Below, in pieces: positions 29,702-39,316 of a stretch of DNA of 40,685 bases (its first letter is position 1; each line of letters begins with the position of its first letter). The notes beneath the pieces were generated by a model that was not told the DNA's origin, ran no database searches, and saw only the letters and a list, made by a program, of their open reading frames with translations. A program made the position numbers and the translations under genes. Source of the stretch: a virus; the IMG/VR virus record IMGVR_UViG_3300012979_000010, positions 1 to 40,685 of that record, one strand, 5' to 3'.

Positions 29702-30856
29702 ATGGCGAAGTTATACATCAACAAGGACATTGCTTCTGATGACAGCAAGATGGCTTATTGGTTAAGTGGCGAAGATTGCATTACCTACAATGACATTCAA
29801 GCCTTTCTTGATTCAGTAGGCGATGACAACCGCATAGATGTGGAAATCCATTCGTGCGGTGGTAATTGCATTGAGGGATATGCTATTTACGATGCGTTGA
29901 GAGTGTCGGGCAAGGAAATCGCGTGTACGGTTGTCGGCACTTGTGCATCAATGGCAACGGTTATCCTACTTGCTGCACCGCTTGAACGCAGAGCAATGTA
30001 CCAAAACGCGAGGTTGCTTATTCACAACCCATTCATACCCGAATTGGGCAAGGCAACCATTGACACATTGAATAGTGCGCTTAACTCGTTGAATAGCGAG
30101 AAAGAGAGAATGCTTAATATCTACACCGAGCGCACTGGTAGATCAAGAGAAGATTTGGAAGCGCAGATGGCTACGGATGATTGGTTCGGTAGTGAAAAGG
30201 CTATCGAGTTGGGGTTCGTTTCATACGTTGTGCCTGCTGCATCCGCTTCGGTTAGTAACAATAAAAACAAAACAGAAATGAGCGAAAAGAAAGAAAAACC
30301 AAGTGTAGCGGAAGCATTCCGTATGCTTGGTGTAGCTTTGGGTGTTGTTAAGGATGCAGAAGCAACCGCAGAACAACCCGAAGTTGTAAGTATGACAATC
30401 ACTACTGTTACAGGTACAGAATTAGTGGTTGAACGTGAGGAAGGCGAACCGCAAGTAGGTGATGCAGCATCTCCCGATGGCGAACACGTTCTCGAAGATG
30501 GAAGAACAATCGTTGTTGAAGGTGGTGTGATTACCGACATCAAGTCAGCCGAAGAAGAAGTAATCGAGGAAGAAGTAGAAGAAGCGAAAGCCGATGACAC
30601 ACAAGCCTTGAAGGATGAGATTGCTTCACTGAAAGCTGAAATTGAAACCTTGAAATCGAATGCCAAGAGCGATGAAGATGCGCAAGTATTGGCGAAGGTT
30701 CAAGAAGCTGGCGGCATCGAAAAGCTAATCAACGCAGCAGCATCTAAGTATGTCCCTGCTGCAAGAACATCAACTAACAACATTGAGAAACAAAGCCTTG
30801 TGGAGCAAAAACTTGCAGAAGCAAGAGCAAAACAAAACAAACGATTTAACAAATAA
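29702..30856 (+). CDS. ClpP/S49-like head maturation protease fused to an acidic coiled-coil scaffold domain
   Basis: IHSCGGNCIEGYAIYDAL...GTCASMATVILLAAP...LLIHNP is a ClpP-like Ser/His pattern. The C-terminal half is acidic and heptad-like (ALKDEIASLKAEIETLKSNAK). Confidence 0.75.
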   Translation: MAKLYINKDIASDDSKMAYWLSGEDCITYNDIQAFLDSVGDDNRIDVEIHSCGGNCIEGYAIYDALRVSGKEIACTVVGTCASMATVILLAAPLERRAMYQNARLLIHNPFIPELGKATIDTLNSALNSLNSEKERMLNIYTERTGRSREDLEAQMATDDWFGSEKAIELGFVSYVVPAASASVSNNKNKTEMSEKKEKPSVAEAFRMLGVALGVVKDAEATAEQPEVVSMTITTVTGTELVVEREEGEPQVGDAASPDGEHVLEDGRTIVVEGGVITDIKSAEEEVIEEEVEEAKADDTQALKDEIASLKAEIETLKSNAKSDEDAQVLAKVQEAGGIEKLINAAASKYVPAARTSTNNIEKQSLVEQKLAEARAKQNKRFNK

Positions 30857-30870
30857 AGGAGGACAAAATT

Positions 30871-31941
30871 ATGACTATTTTAGAAAGTGTAGCAAACTTG
30901 ACAAAAGACAATGGCGCAATCAAGAATTTGCGCGACCTTTTGGTGATGACTAACTTCACAGACGAAGTATTGGAGAACTTCTTCACATTCCGCCAACGTG
31001 TGCAGAATGGAGAGAAGCTCGGTTGGATTGGCGAGATGGATGAAATCGGTTGGAAAGGTGCTGGTTGTAAGCCAGACTACGTTAAACCGAACATCGCAGC
31101 CGCAGAAAAGGAATGGAGCATTGGCGATTGGGAAGCTCCTCTTGAATGGTGCTACAAAGAATTCGAGAACACCGTTGCCGAATACGCATTGAAGGCTGGC
31201 ACAGATATTGGCGACTTGACATCAACCGACATCATGGATGTGGTTATCTATCCAGCATTGCAAGATGCTATCCGCAAGATGATGTGGCGCATCATTTGGT
31301 TTGGCGATGAAAACGCAGCCAATATTGGTGATGGTGGTGTAATTACCGCTGGAATGGATGTTGATTTGTTCAAGCCTACTGATGGTGTATGGAAGAAGTT
31401 GTTTGCAGTTGCAACTGCTAATGCAACACAACGTGTAACAATCGAAGCCAACGAAGAAGCTACATATGCCGCTCAAATGAGCAAGATTAAGGAACCAGGT
31501 GTTGCAATCGGTATCTTTGATGCATTGCTTGAAAATGCAGACCCACGCATTGCCACTATGGAAGGTGCAGGCTTGTTCGTAACCAAGTCATTGGCTGATG
31601 CATTGACAAAGGACTTGAAGCGCGAGTACAAGGAAATCTTGACTTGGGAACAAATCTTCGATGGTGTGAAGGTTGCTTCTTACAATGGTACTAAAGTTTA
31701 TTCAATCTCTATTTGGGATAGAATGATCCAAAAGTACCAAAACAATGGCACTGCATTGAATCTTCCTCATCGTGCATTCTTTGGTTCAGCAAAGAACATC
31801 TTCGTAGGTTCGCCAGCTAACGAGGTTATTTCTGACCTTGAAATTTGGTTCAACCAAGACGAGAGAACAACAAGAGCATACACTGCTGGTAAGCTTGGCA
31901 CATTGCTCGGTGAAGATAACCTATTCCAAATCGCTTATTAA
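30871..31941 (+). CDS. Major capsid protein
   Basis: 356 aa directly after the protease-scaffold gene, with a strong AAGGAGGA upstream and biased codon use. Confidence 0.7.
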   Translation: MTILESVANLTKDNGAIKNLRDLLVMTNFTDEVLENFFTFRQRVQNGEKLGWIGEMDEIGWKGAGCKPDYVKPNIAAAEKEWSIGDWEAPLEWCYKEFENTVAEYALKAGTDIGDLTSTDIMDVVIYPALQDAIRKMMWRIIWFGDENAANIGDGGVITAGMDVDLFKPTDGVWKKLFAVATANATQRVTIEANEEATYAAQMSKIKEPGVAIGIFDALLENADPRIATMEGAGLFVTKSLADALTKDLKREYKEILTWEQIFDGVKVASYNGTKVYSISIWDRMIQKYQNNGTALNLPHRAFFGSAKNIFVGSPANEVISDLEIWFNQDERTTRAYTAGKLGTLLGEDNLFQIAY

Positions 31942-31949
31942 TTCTGCTT

Positions 31950-32555
31950 ATGGGAGTTTGTGATTATTCAATAAAAAGGGACATCGCACCATCGTGCGAT
32001 GACCCTATTGTTCCTGGAGTAGAGCAAGAAGGTGTAATCTTCAATCGCTCGGATATTGACTTCTCTACCGTTAAGTTCAGTGAAAATCACAAGAACGTAA
32101 TTGAAACACTTGCACTTAAGGCTGGTGCTAAAGGTTACAAGGTGGTAGTGTATGGTAATAGTCCCTTCAACGGAACAAATACCGCATTGGCAACTGGAAC
32201 CTATCGAAACACCTTTACCAACACCGTGAACATGGTTATCCTTGATAACAATCCCGATGTTTGTTCAGATGTTATTGATGGCTTGGCTAATGGCGAGTTT
32301 GTGGTTATTCTTGAAAACAAGAGCAAGAGCCTTAATGCAACCGAAAAAGGATATTCAGCTTTCCAAGTCTATGGCTACTATCAAGGTTTGAACGCAGCCG
32401 AAATTGCTAACGATAAGTATAGCGAAGAAACTGAAGGCGGCTGGAGTGTTTCACTTACTGAAACAAAAGTTCCTAAGTCAGCTTTATTCTTGTTCAAGAC
32501 TGATTATGAAGCAACCAAATCAATGGTTGCAACATTGACCGCAGAAGCACAATGA
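31950..32555 (+). CDS. Structural protein (201 aa), possibly a tail tube or head decoration protein
   Basis: ORF track. Function is inferred from position only. Confidence 0.4.
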   Translation: MGVCDYSIKRDIAPSCDDPIVPGVEQEGVIFNRSDIDFSTVKFSENHKNVIETLALKAGAKGYKVVVYGNSPFNGTNTALATGTYRNTFTNTVNMVILDNNPDVCSDVIDGLANGEFVVILENKSKSLNATEKGYSAFQVYGYYQGLNAAEIANDKYSEETEGGWSVSLTETKVPKSALFLFKTDYEATKSMVATLTAEAQ

Positions 32556-32956
32556 TAGAAGCTACCAAAAATAGATTGAAGGAGTTAAGCGGCAAGTCCG
32601 CTTACTCCTTTGAAGAAAAAAAAGAAATCGAAGCACTATATACAGAAGTGCTTGATAAAACCTTCGTTAAGACATCGTGCAGCAATTGTTATCACGATGC
32701 AACGATTGAAATGTATTCCTACTTAAATCGCCACAACAAGATGAAAGAAAAGACATTATACGCGCTTAAGAATGGCGCATTATTGCAACTTGGTTTCGGT
32801 AAGGGCGACATGATTACCAACGCAAACCTCACAGATAAACTTGCGGAAAAATACCTTCGTATGAACCCCAACGGACACATATTTTTCAGTAAGTTACCCG
32901 AAGATTGGAAAAACCGAATCTTCGCAACAAAGAAAACAAAGAAAGCTAAAGAATAA
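32552..32956 (+). CDS. Hypothetical structural-module protein (134 aa)
   Basis: ORF track. Confidence 0.55.
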   Translation: MIEATKNRLKELSGKSAYSFEEKKEIEALYTEVLDKTFVKTSCSNCYHDATIEMYSYLNRHNKMKEKTLYALKNGALLQLGFGKGDMITNANLTDKLAEKYLRMNPNGHIFFSKLPEDWKNRIFATKKTKKAKE

Positions 32957-34119
32957 TGAGAGTAAAAGACCTACGGAAGAAATCAAGCAAGAGAATTGAC
33001 ACAACCTACGTTAGTTCGCTTGGCATACAGACTTACGGAGAAGATAACCTCTATCCGCAGGTCTTGAACAATATAATCGCGGCAAGTTCTACTGGTTCGG
33101 GATGTGTGGAACGTTTAGCCAACTTTATTGAAGGTAACGGATTGCGCAATTTAGATTTGTCTGAATTGGTAATCAACCGCAAGGGCGACACAATGGATGA
33201 TTTGCACACCTTAATTTGCAGCGATGTGGCTAAATTCAATGGTTTTGCAATCCATGTTAATTACAACATCTTCGGGCAGATCGTTGAACTTCAATACGTG
33301 CCATTCGAGAATTGCCGATTAGTGGAAGAAGATGATAACGGATATGTGTCGCACATTGTCCTTCATCCCGATTGGACTGGTGCAAAAACACGTAACGGAA
33401 AGCTGCTCCGTGTAGATAAGCGAAATTGTGACTACATCAATGTATTCAACCCCAACAGAGAAGTAGTGCTGGCGCAAATTGAAGCGGTAGGCGGTATTGA
33501 ATATTACAATGGTCAGTTGTTGTGGGTAAGCATGGCTGGAAAGAACACCTATCCAACTGGTAAGGGCGATGCAGTAGCAACGGAAATGAGTACCGATGAA
33601 GGCTTGTCTAATGTTAAGTACAGAAACGTAAGAAATAACTTCCTTCCTGCTGCTATGATTATCACGAAGAGAGGTTCTAACCTTGAGAATTACTCCGATA
33701 GACCGAGTATGCAAGGCGATGATTTCTCGGACACATTGGTACAACTTCAAGGCGATACTAATGCTGGTAAGCTGATGGAAATTACCCTTGAGAATGACGA
33801 AGAAAAACCCGAAGTTCTACATCTTAACGCGCAGAACTACGATAAGGAGTTTACCGTTACCGATTCATCCGTAATTGAACGTATCTATGCTGCATTCGGG
33901 CAAGAAGCTTGGTATTGCATCCGCATAGGTAAGGTAGGCTTTTCGGGCGACATCCTTGAAGATGCATTTGAGTACTACAATTCTATCGTAAGTAAGCAAC
34001 AACGATTGATTGAGCGAACATTTAGAGCAGTTTTTAAGCACTGGCACACACCAGTTGCTGATGATTTCAGTGTAGAACCATTAAGATATATCCGCAATGC
34101 TACTACTACAATACAATGA
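32956..34119 (+). CDS. Putative portal protein
   Basis: 387 aa, the size and composition of HK97-type portals. It is the only candidate in the head module. Confidence 0.5.
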   Translation: MRVKDLRKKSSKRIDTTYVSSLGIQTYGEDNLYPQVLNNIIAASSTGSGCVERLANFIEGNGLRNLDLSELVINRKGDTMDDLHTLICSDVAKFNGFAIHVNYNIFGQIVELQYVPFENCRLVEEDDNGYVSHIVLHPDWTGAKTRNGKLLRVDKRNCDYINVFNPNREVVLAQIEAVGGIEYYNGQLLWVSMAGKNTYPTGKGDAVATEMSTDEGLSNVKYRNVRNNFLPAAMIITKRGSNLENYSDRPSMQGDDFSDTLVQLQGDTNAGKLMEITLENDEEKPEVLHLNAQNYDKEFTVTDSSVIERIYAAFGQEAWYCIRIGKVGFSGDILEDAFEYYNSIVSKQQRLIERTFRAVFKHWHTPVADDFSVEPLRYIRNATTTIQ

Positions 34120-34141
34120 GATAGCCGAATATGCAAGAGAT

Positions 34142-34585
34142 ATGAGCATTCACATGGACGAGAAGCGCGTAAATGCGTTTATCCGTGAAGCCGAGAACAT
34201 AGATCTAAAGCCAACATTAGGTTATTTGCTTGAAGAAATCAAGAAAGAGCCTTCAAAATATACCATTCTTCTTGAAGGTGGGGAATACAAAACCGAATGT
34301 GGCGAAAAGAAAGTGCTTGTCGGCTTGAAAGCTGCACTTGCATACTACACTTATTCGCGCATCATTAAGAGTGGCGACCTAAATATCGCGCGTTTTGGCG
34401 CGGTGTATAAAGAAGTGAACGAATCATCAAGACCGAGCGAGAAAGAGCGCGTAATCGCTTCTAACGATGCTTATTCGGTGGCTAATCGTTACCTTCAAGA
34501 ATGTGTAGAATATCTTGGAAGCTGCAACTGCAACAAAAGAACAATTAAATCGAACAGAATTGTCTATAAAGTGTTAGGAGATTAA
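34142..34585 (+). CDS. Putative head-tail connector/adaptor protein
   Basis: ORF track 34097..34585; the preferred ATG is at 34142 (MSIHMDEKRVNAFIREAENIDLKPTLG...). Confidence 0.4.
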   Translation: MSIHMDEKRVNAFIREAENIDLKPTLGYLLEEIKKEPSKYTILLEGGEYKTECGEKKVLVGLKAALAYYTYSRIIKSGDLNIARFGAVYKEVNESSRPSEKERVIASNDAYSVANRYLQECVEYLGSCNCNKRTIKSNRIVYKVLGD

Positions 34586-34589
34586 AGAA

Positions 34590-37226
34590 ATGGCTAAATC
34601 ATACGAAGAAGTAAAGGATGTAATATCCGTAATCAAGAACGAAGTAGAAGATGGCAGAAATACCGCTCAACGTGTAGGCGGTGCAATGGATGACATTGTA
34701 GAATATGCGAATGAAAGTCTTGAAGCACAGGAACAACGCATCAACGAAGAATTTGTAGGCAATATGTTTACTATTCATGGTGTAATAAGTAAAAAAGCAG
34801 GTAATATTGTTACATCTGAAGAACCCTTATTTTCAACCGATTACTTGCCCATCGATAAGAGTAATGATATTATAATTATCGGTGCTGCTAACACTGATAA
34901 TTATGCTCCTTATGCTTTCTATGACGAATATTTTGATTTTATTAGTTCTTATAATGGCGAATCTGCACCAGATAGAACATATACTATCAACAAGTCTGAT
35001 ATCCCATCTAATGCAGTTTACATCCGTTGCAGCCACAATTCATCGGTGGATGAATCTAAAATAACTGGAGTAAACCTTACATCTGTCATATCAGCAGGAA
35101 TTAGAAAAAATGCGAAGAGTGGATATGGTAATGATAGTGGTGTTATAACACAAGAAATACTAACTGCAACAATGAGTGGAAATCCATTTAATTTTGAGGG
35201 CGGTGTTGCTAAAACAACAGGACTTGATTATAGCAACAGTACTTATGTCCGCACAGATTACATCTTGCTTAATCATGATTGTGACATATATGCCAGCGGT
35301 GCGAATAGTGCAAGTACAGGTAGATTGTGGTTCTATGACAAAGACAAGATGCCGATAAGTAGTTATCTTGGCGAAGAGAGTGGCGCGAAATATTACGACT
35401 TATATGTTGTAGATAAAAAGGATTTCCCAAAAAATGCGGTGTACTTCCGTTGTTCTGCATCGGTTAGCGGTAACAAGAAGTTTATTGTTATCAATTCTTC
35501 GTTATCGTCTATTGGTGTTAATGAAGGTAAAATTGTTGAAAAGGTAAATTTGTGTCCACAATACATTGAAAAGGTTGTAGGTAAGAATCTTCTATTCCCC
35601 AAAGAGTTCCTTTATGGATATTCGTATAGTGCTGACTCTGGTTATATACAGAAGGAAAGTGGTATAATGTCTAACAAGTTGCGATTATCGCCCAAGACTT
35701 ATACAATTCAAGGTGTTAGACCATTCTCTTCTTTGGTTGGTCGCGTATGTTGGTTCAATGACAAGGATGAATATATAGCGAATGATAAGATAACACTTGA
35801 TGAAGATGGTGTTGGCCAGTTGGTAATAGAAGCAGGGGATAGCAAGTATTACAATGCTGCATATTGTAGAGTGTTGTTACAGTATAATGCTGATTATCCT
35901 TTTAATGTGAATGTTGCTCAATTTGAAGAGGGCGAAACTGCAACAGAATGGGAAGAGTGCAAGACTGAACTTGTTGAAAATCCTCGTTATATAAGAGATG
36001 AGAAATTGTGTTTATTGACAGGCGCATCTAATGCGGTTGCAGGTAATGGCTGGTTTGAGAATGCTTGCGAAATGCTTGGTTATAAGCATAGGAATGTGGC
36101 GGTAAGTGGCGAATCGGTGATGCAACACGCAACGAAGGCATGGCGAGGGCTTATCTATAATGCTGATGGTACATTAACTAACAATGTTGATGGTAATGGA
36201 AAATTCGTTGGCTTGTACACTGCGGAAGAACTGGAAGATATGGATGTGCTTGTGACAAGCCATACACATAATTATGATGTGAGCTTTGAAGGCGAGACCT
36301 ACACCCCTATTGAATTACTCAATGGTTATTACGATGCGAGTGGAAAGTTTACATTGAATAAATCTTATTTGTCGCAGAAATATGTTGTTCGTGCCAACAA
36401 GGAACTTCGTATTAGCACATTCTGTAAGTATTCAGCTATACCTTATGTTATCTTCCTTGATGCTGAAGGTAATGTATTAGCTACTGACATCATACCAAGT
36501 GATACATCGGTAGGCGAATCAGTTGTAGATAGGGTTGTTATAACTCCAAACGCAACTTGCTATATGGTTGTTAAGACGGTGGCATCTGTTCCCTGCATTA
36601 AGGTGTTAGGAACTACAAGTGTTTTGAAGAAAACCGTACAAGAGTATGAATCAGTTGGTTATGACGAAAATAACAATCCATTATCTGTTGTTATGGATAA
36701 GAGTAATAGTAGTCATAGAATTGTTCCTTATGGCGGTAGTGGCGCATCTGGTACATTAGAGCCTAATAACACCATTAACGAGCGATATGCGGCTGGTTAT
36801 GATTACCTGTTGAAAAAGTATGCGTATGACTGCTATATGTTGAAGTTCAACCCACAATCAAAATGGTATGGCAGTCCGTTTGGCAAACCTTGTAATATTG
36901 TGATATGTTCTTATTGGCACGATGGATACAAAGTATTCAATGGATCTGCAAAGGTTCTTGCTAAAAGACATGGTGCATTGTATTGCGATATTGCTGGTCA
37001 AGTAGGATTTAGTTATATGCAAACCGATCCGACTGATGATAATTCGTTGAGAATATCACGATTGTATTGCAACAATTCATCGGGTAACGAGGAAGATATT
37101 CCTATTGATGGTGTGATGTACACTAAAATGGGTTGGCATGCAACAAGAGATGTTAATTCCCCGTTGATGTTAAAGCGAGGTAAGATATTGTCTGAATCGT
37201 TATTAATTGCTTGCGGAGATAAGTAA
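34590..37226 (+). CDS. Tail fibre / receptor-binding protein with repeated carbohydrate-binding-like modules and a possible SGNH-like esterase region
   Basis: 878 aa. Three to four modules of about 75 aa share (F/W)(Y/F)D...NAVY(I/F)RCS-like signatures. LLTGASNAVAGNGW...VSGESV weakly resembles SGNH block I/II. Confidence 0.55.
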   Translation: MAKSYEEVKDVISVIKNEVEDGRNTAQRVGGAMDDIVEYANESLEAQEQRINEEFVGNMFTIHGVISKKAGNIVTSEEPLFSTDYLPIDKSNDIIIIGAANTDNYAPYAFYDEYFDFISSYNGESAPDRTYTINKSDIPSNAVYIRCSHNSSVDESKITGVNLTSVISAGIRKNAKSGYGNDSGVITQEILTATMSGNPFNFEGGVAKTTGLDYSNSTYVRTDYILLNHDCDIYASGANSASTGRLWFYDKDKMPISSYLGEESGAKYYDLYVVDKKDFPKNAVYFRCSASVSGNKKFIVINSSLSSIGVNEGKIVEKVNLCPQYIEKVVGKNLLFPKEFLYGYSYSADSGYIQKESGIMSNKLRLSPKTYTIQGVRPFSSLVGRVCWFNDKDEYIANDKITLDEDGVGQLVIEAGDSKYYNAAYCRVLLQYNADYPFNVNVAQFEEGETATEWEECKTELVENPRYIRDEKLCLLTGASNAVAGNGWFENACEMLGYKHRNVAVSGESVMQHATKAWRGLIYNADGTLTNNVDGNGKFVGLYTAEELEDMDVLVTSHTHNYDVSFEGETYTPIELLNGYYDASGKFTLNKSYLSQKYVVRANKELRISTFCKYSAIPYVIFLDAEGNVLATDIIPSDTSVGESVVDRVVITPNATCYMVVKTVASVPCIKVLGTTSVLKKTVQEYESVGYDENNNPLSVVMDKSNSSHRIVPYGGSGASGTLEPNNTINERYAAGYDYLLKKYAYDCYMLKFNPQSKWYGSPFGKPCNIVICSYWHDGYKVFNGSAKVLAKRHGALYCDIAGQVGFSYMQTDPTDDNSLRISRLYCNNSSGNEEDIPIDGVMYTKMGWHATRDVNSPLMLKRGKILSESLLIACGDK

Positions 37227-37279
37227 CAATCGCAGTAATGGGATTGTTTGAATAGTGTTTAACCAATAAAAATATAGTT

Positions 37280-37555
37280 ATGGATTTGAATTTTAGAAAC
37301 GAAGAAAACAAATGGGTTGCTGAATTCCAAGCAACAAGTAATTTTAACCTTCACATTGAAAGAACAGGTTTAGGCAGTATTGTTGTAAGCCAACGCGGTA
37401 CAGACAATGGCGAGTATGACACTGCATTTATAGAAACTCGCTACGAAGGTCAGAGAGTGTTTGATTGCGACTTTGGCGCACTGGTATTCCCTAAGTGGAT
37501 AAAGGTGATAAGTGGTAGTGAGGTAATCAAGGGTGTGGTAACATTTAGTGCGTAA
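37280..37555 (+). CDS. Hypothetical protein (91 aa)
   Basis: ORF track. Confidence 0.55.
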   Translation: MDLNFRNEENKWVAEFQATSNFNLHIERTGLGSIVVSQRGTDNGEYDTAFIETRYEGQRVFDCDFGALVFPKWIKVISGSEVIKGVVTFSA

Positions 37556-37558
37556 GTT

Positions 37559-38566
37559 ATGAGGAAGAATATGCTTAATGTAGCCTATCTGAATGGCGCA
37601 GGCGGTATTGCCATTGGTGGTGGTTCTGCTGGTGGTGGCGGTGGTAGTAGTTCTAAGGGTTGGACTGGTCATGCTGATGTGCAAGGCTTGAAGGCTATTG
37701 GTTGGACTGACGAGGATATTGAATACTATCAAGCGCATGGTGTGAATTGGAACGAGGAGGATGATGCGTATCATAAAGTTCCCGAAGATAATATTGCGTT
37801 GTATGGGGTGCTGAATGTGAACAATATATCCACTTACAAGGATAGGATTGTGTATCTGCCGAAGATTGATACAAGTGGGGTGACGAGTATGAATTATAAG
37901 TTTAATGGTTGTCAAATTCTTGTTGCAATTCCGCAGTTAGATACAAGCAGTGTAACGAGTATGAGTGAAATGTTCAATAATTGCTATTCTCTTGTTTCCA
38001 TTCCGCAGTTGAATACAAGCAGTGTAACGAGTATGAGTAGTATATTCAAAAATTGCTATTCTCTTGTTTCCATTCCGCAGTTGAATACAAGCAGTGTAAC
38101 GAGTATGAGTAGTATGTTCAGTAATTGCTATTCTCTTGTTTCCATTCCGCAATTAGATACAAGTAAGGTTACTAATATGAGCAGTATGTTCAGTAATTGC
38201 TATTCTCTTGTTTCCATTCCGCAGTTAGATACAAGTAATACAGAGTATATGCTTAGTCTGTTCAGTAATTGTTATTCTCTTACTGCCATTCCGCAGTTGA
38301 ATACAAGTAGGGTTACGGATATGAATAGTATGTTAAATTATTGCTATTCTATACAAACCGCTAAAATTAAAAACGTAAAATTGGCATTGCAAGTGAAGAA
38401 TACATCATTATTAAACAAGGAAAGTTTGCTCTACATTATTAACAACGAGGCTGCTACGAGTGCAATTACGATAACATTGAGTAGTTACATCTACGATAAG
38501 TATGTGAACGATGCAGATGTAGTGGCGGCATTGGCTAATCATCCTAACATTTCAATAGCTAAATAG
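37559..38566 (+). CDS. BspA-type leucine-rich-repeat protein with a Gly-rich N-terminal linker
   Basis: Seven 23-aa units of the form SLVSIPQLNTSSVTSMSSMFSNCY, preceded by GGGSAGGGGGSSS. Confidence 0.75.
   Translation: MRKNMLNVAYLNGAGGIAIGGGSAGGGGGSSSKGWTGHADVQGLKAIGWTDEDIEYYQAHGVNWNEEDDAYHKVPEDNIALYGVLNVNNISTYKDRIVYLPKIDTSGVTSMNYKFNGCQILVAIPQLDTSSVTSMSEMFNNCYSLVSIPQLNTSSVTSMSSIFKNCYSLVSIPQLNTSSVTSMSSMFSNCYSLVSIPQLDTSKVTNMSSMFSNCYSLVSIPQLDTSNTEYMLSLFSNCYSLTAIPQLNTSRVTDMNSMLNYCYSIQTAKIKNVKLALQVKNTSLLNKESLLYIINNEAATSAITITLSSYIYDKYVNDADVVAALANHPNISIAK
37847..38329 (+). repeat. 69-bp in-frame tandem repeats (7 units; the central 4-5 are nearly identical at DNA level)
   Basis: ttccattccgcagttgaatacaagcagtgtaacgagtatgagtagtatgttcagtaattgctattctcttgtt recurs with few substitutions. 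Confidence 0.85.
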
Positions 38567-38567
38567 T

Positions 38568-38759
38568 ATGAAACAGAAACTGACAGAGATAAAGGCGAGT
38601 GAGGGAATGTATCTTACTCAATCGGGCGAGGTAGGCGAGATCCGTGTGTTTGTAACCGCGATTAAGGGTATTAACATCAACCCTTATGATTGGCGCGAAG
38701 CTACTTTGTATGAGAAGGAGCAATGGGATAAGGCTCACGAAGAGGTTGTAGCCGAGTGA
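38568..38759 (+). CDS. Hypothetical protein (63 aa)
   Basis: ORF track. Confidence 0.55.
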   Translation: MKQKLTEIKASEGMYLTQSGEVGEIRVFVTAIKGININPYDWREATLYEKEQWDKAHEEVVAE

Positions 38760-38808
38760 TAAAAAATCCCCCTACTATCTTCGCAGACTTCGGGGGGAAG
38801 AACATATT

Positions 38809-38816
38809 TAACTTTG
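38809..38816 (+). promoter_or_regulatory. Bacteroides-type -7 box (TAACTTTG) upstream of the lysis cassette
   Basis: Matches TAnnTTTG, 36 nt before ATG 38852. It is preceded by the hairpin TCCCCC...GGGGGA (38767..38797). Confidence 0.4.
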
Positions 38817-38851
38817 CAAAGGTAGTAATAATTTGATAGATATATGATAAA

Positions 38852-39316
38852 ATGGAGAAATCATTAGTAACGCAGACAATTAACGGGACTTTCGGGGCAA
38901 CAATGAGTGTGTTTTTTGCGGAGAGCATAGTACATATGTTGCCGTGGCTTGCAGTTAGTTTTGCCGTGATTGTGTGTGATTTAGTTGTGGGAATAAGGAA
39001 GTCTTTGTTGATGGATGAAGAAGTAAGGTTTAGTAGTGCCATACGAAGAACTATGGGAAAAATGCTAACTTACTTTTCTTTTTGCGTTATGGTGGCTATG
39101 ATAGATGTTGCTGCTCATGGTGGTGGCACGATAGATAAGTATGCTTGTTTGTTGGTGTGCTTTGTTGAGGGAACATCCATAGTTAGCAATATATTAAAGC
39201 CGAAGGGTTTTGACATTAACGTGATTAAGATGATAGCACTTGGCATATCAAAGTTTGCTAAGGTAGATAAGAAGGATATTGAAGAAATAATAGAAAAGGA
39301 AGATGAAAAGCATTAA
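38852..39316 (+). CDS. Holin
   Basis: 154 aa with several TM helices (MLPWLAVSFAVIVCDLVVGI; LTYFSFCVMVAMIDV; LLVCFVEGTSIV). Overlaps the endolysin start. Confidence 0.65.
   Translation: MEKSLVTQTINGTFGATMSVFFAESIVHMLPWLAVSFAVIVCDLVVGIRKSLLMDEEVRFSSAIRRTMGKMLTYFSFCVMVAMIDVAAHGGGTIDKYACLLVCFVEGTSIVSNILKPKGFDINVIKMIALGISKFAKVDKKDIEEIIEKEDEKH

Noticed and set aside
27912-30666. Antisense ORFs of 139-181 aa inside the tape-measure and scaffold genes (27912..28397, 28668..29087, 30121..30666). Similar cases occur at 7184..7726, 12331..12753, 13369..13764 and 37370..37915.
   Set aside because: They arise opposite Ala/Glu/Lys-rich coiled-coil or repeat-coding sequence, where the complementary frame lacks stops. 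Their products are Ser/Ala/Phe-rich nonsense.
37847-38329. Diversity-generating retroelement (template/variable repeat pair) or retron
   Set aside because: No reverse transcriptase gene exists anywhere in the genome. The repeats are simple in-frame LRR units without the adenine-specific mismatch pattern.
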